Notes under the pieces: generated by a model
What the model saw: the letters and a program-made list of their open reading frames with translations, nothing else
What the model was told of the DNA's origin: nothing
Database searches by the model: none
Shown here: in pieces, positions 62,138 through 64,000 of the stretch
How the letters are laid out: each line of letters opens with the position of its first letter
How positions within the stretch are numbered: position 1 is the stretch's first letter
Source: Eledone cirrhosa
Taxonomy: Eukaryota
DNA length: 64,000 bases
Direction of reading: 5' to 3'
NCBI GenBank assembly: GCA_964016885.1
Contig: OZ024764.1
Span: 2,790,001-2,854,000, forward strand
Program-made: the position numbers and the translations under genes

Positions 62138-64000
62138 TACAATAAGAGGTTCCCTTTCCAATCACAAGATCCTGGGTTCTAACCCCTACATTACTTCTCA
62201 GTCATATTATTACAATAAGAGGTTCCCTTTCCAATCACAAGGTCCTGGGTTCTAACCCCTACATTACTTCTGTCATATTATTACAATAAGAGGTTCCCTT
62301 TCCAATCACAAGGTCCTGTGTTCTAACCCCTATATTACTTCTCAGTCATATTATTACAATAAGAGGTTCCCTTTCCAATCACAAGGTCCTGTGTTCTAAC
62401 CCCTACATTACTTCTCAGTCATATTATTACAATAAGAGGTTCCCTTTCCAATCACAAGGTCCTGGGTTCTAACCCCTACATTACTTCTCAGTCATATTAT
62501 TACAATAAGAGGTTCCCTTTCCAGTCACAAGGTCCTGGGTTCTAACCCCTACATTACTTCTGTCATATTATTACAATAAGAGGTTCCCTTTCCAATCACA
62601 AGGTCCTGTGTTCTAACCCCTACATTACTTCTCAGTCTTATTATTACAATAAGAGGTTCCCTTTCCAATCACAAGGTCCTGGGTTCTAACCCCTACATTA
62701 CTTCTCAGTCTTATTATTACAATAAGAGGTTCCCTTTCCAATCACAAGATCCTGGGTTCTAACCCCTATATTACTTCTCAGTCATATTATTACAATAAGA
62801 GGTTCCCTTTCCAATCACAAGGTCCTGGGTTCTAACCCCTACATTACTTCTCAGTCATATTATTACAATAAGAGGTTCCCTTTCCAATCACAAGGTCCTG
62901 GGTTCTAACCCCTACATTACTTCTGTCATATTATTACAATAAGAGGTTCCCTTTCCAATCACAAGGTCCTGTGTTCTAACCCCTATATTACTTCTCAGTC
63001 ATATTATTACAATAAGAGGTTCCCTTTCCAATCACAAGGTCCTGTGTTCTAACCCCTACATTACTTCTCAGTCATATTATTACAATAAGAGGTTCCCTTT
63101 CCAATCACAAGGTCCTGGGTTCTAACCCCTACATTACTTCTCAGTCATATTATTACAATAAGAGGTTCCCTTTCCAGTCACAAGGTCCTGGGTTCTAACC
63201 CCTACATTACTTCTGTCATATTATTACAATAAGAGGTTCCCTTTCCAATCACAAGGTCCTGTGTTCTAACCCCTACATTACTTCTCAGTCTTATTATTAC
63301 AATAAGAGGTTCCCTTTCCAATCACAAGGTCCTGGGTTCTAACCCCTACATTACTTCTCAGTCTTATTATTACAATAAGAGGTTCCCTTTCCAATCACAA
63401 GATCCTGGGTTCTAACCCCTATATTACTTCTCAGTCATATTATTACAATAAGAGGTTCCCTTTCCAATCACAAGGTCCTGGGTTCTAACCCCTACATTAC
63501 TTCTCAGTCATATTATTACAATAAGAGGTTCCCTTTCCAATCACAAGGTCCTGTGTTCTAACCCCTACATTACTTCTCAGTCTTATTATTACAATAAGAG
63601 GTTCCCTTTCCAATCACAAGGTCCTGGGTTCTAACCCCTACATTACTTCTCAGTCTTATTATTACAATAAGAGGTTCCCTTTCCAATCACAAGATCCTGG
63701 GTTCTAACCCCTATATTACTTCTCAGTCTTATTATTACAATAAGAGGTTCCCTTTCCAATCACAAGGTCCTGTGTTCTAACCCCTACATTACTTCTCAGT
63801 CATATTATTACAATAAGAGGTTCCCTTTCCAATCACAAGGTCCTGGGTTCTAACCCCTACATTACTTCTCAGTCATATTATTACAATAAGAGGTTCCCTT
63901 TCCAGTCACAAGGTCCTGGGTTCTAACCCCTACATTACTTCTCAGTCATATTATTACAATAAGAGGTTCCCTTTCCAGTCACAAGGTCCTGGGTTCTAAC
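62133..64000 (+). repeat. 73-bp satellite (71-bp variants; runs off window end)
   Basis: Unit ATTATTACAATAAGAGGTTCCCTTTCCAATCACAAGGTCCTGGGTTCTAACCCCTACATTACTTCTCAGTCAT; period 73 (62141 to 62214). Confidence 0.97.

Overview
Repeat-dominated, AT-rich animal DNA. The RTE LINE, CORE-SINE, Penelope-like and (TA)n content suggests an octopus or other cephalopod (inference). About 40% of the window is tandem arrays (units of 38, 390, 21+13, 49, 48, 65, 80, 30, 60/72, 42 and 73 bp). The rest is mostly truncated RTE, CR1 and CRE-like LINEs, two tRNA-derived SINE families, Helitron and DNA-transposon ends, and a rearranged Penelope-like element (RT + GIY-YIG). Host-gene signal is limited to one credible first coding exon (53939-54157, polybromo-1-like N-terminus) and a few weaker candidate exons. 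Two main observations. (1) Most satellites can be traced to a short slice of a retroelement still sitting in its flank, and three unrelated arrays (65, 80, 42 bp) amplify the same homologous RTE motif, R(R/Q)LR(W/Y/L)xGH. (2) A dense set of short hammerhead-ribozyme-bearing, often fold-back, mini-elements sits in (TA)n tracts, with covarying stems and U3-A8 core variants. All long ORFs inside arrays are treated as artefacts. Coordinates were read by eye and repeat boundaries are approximate.
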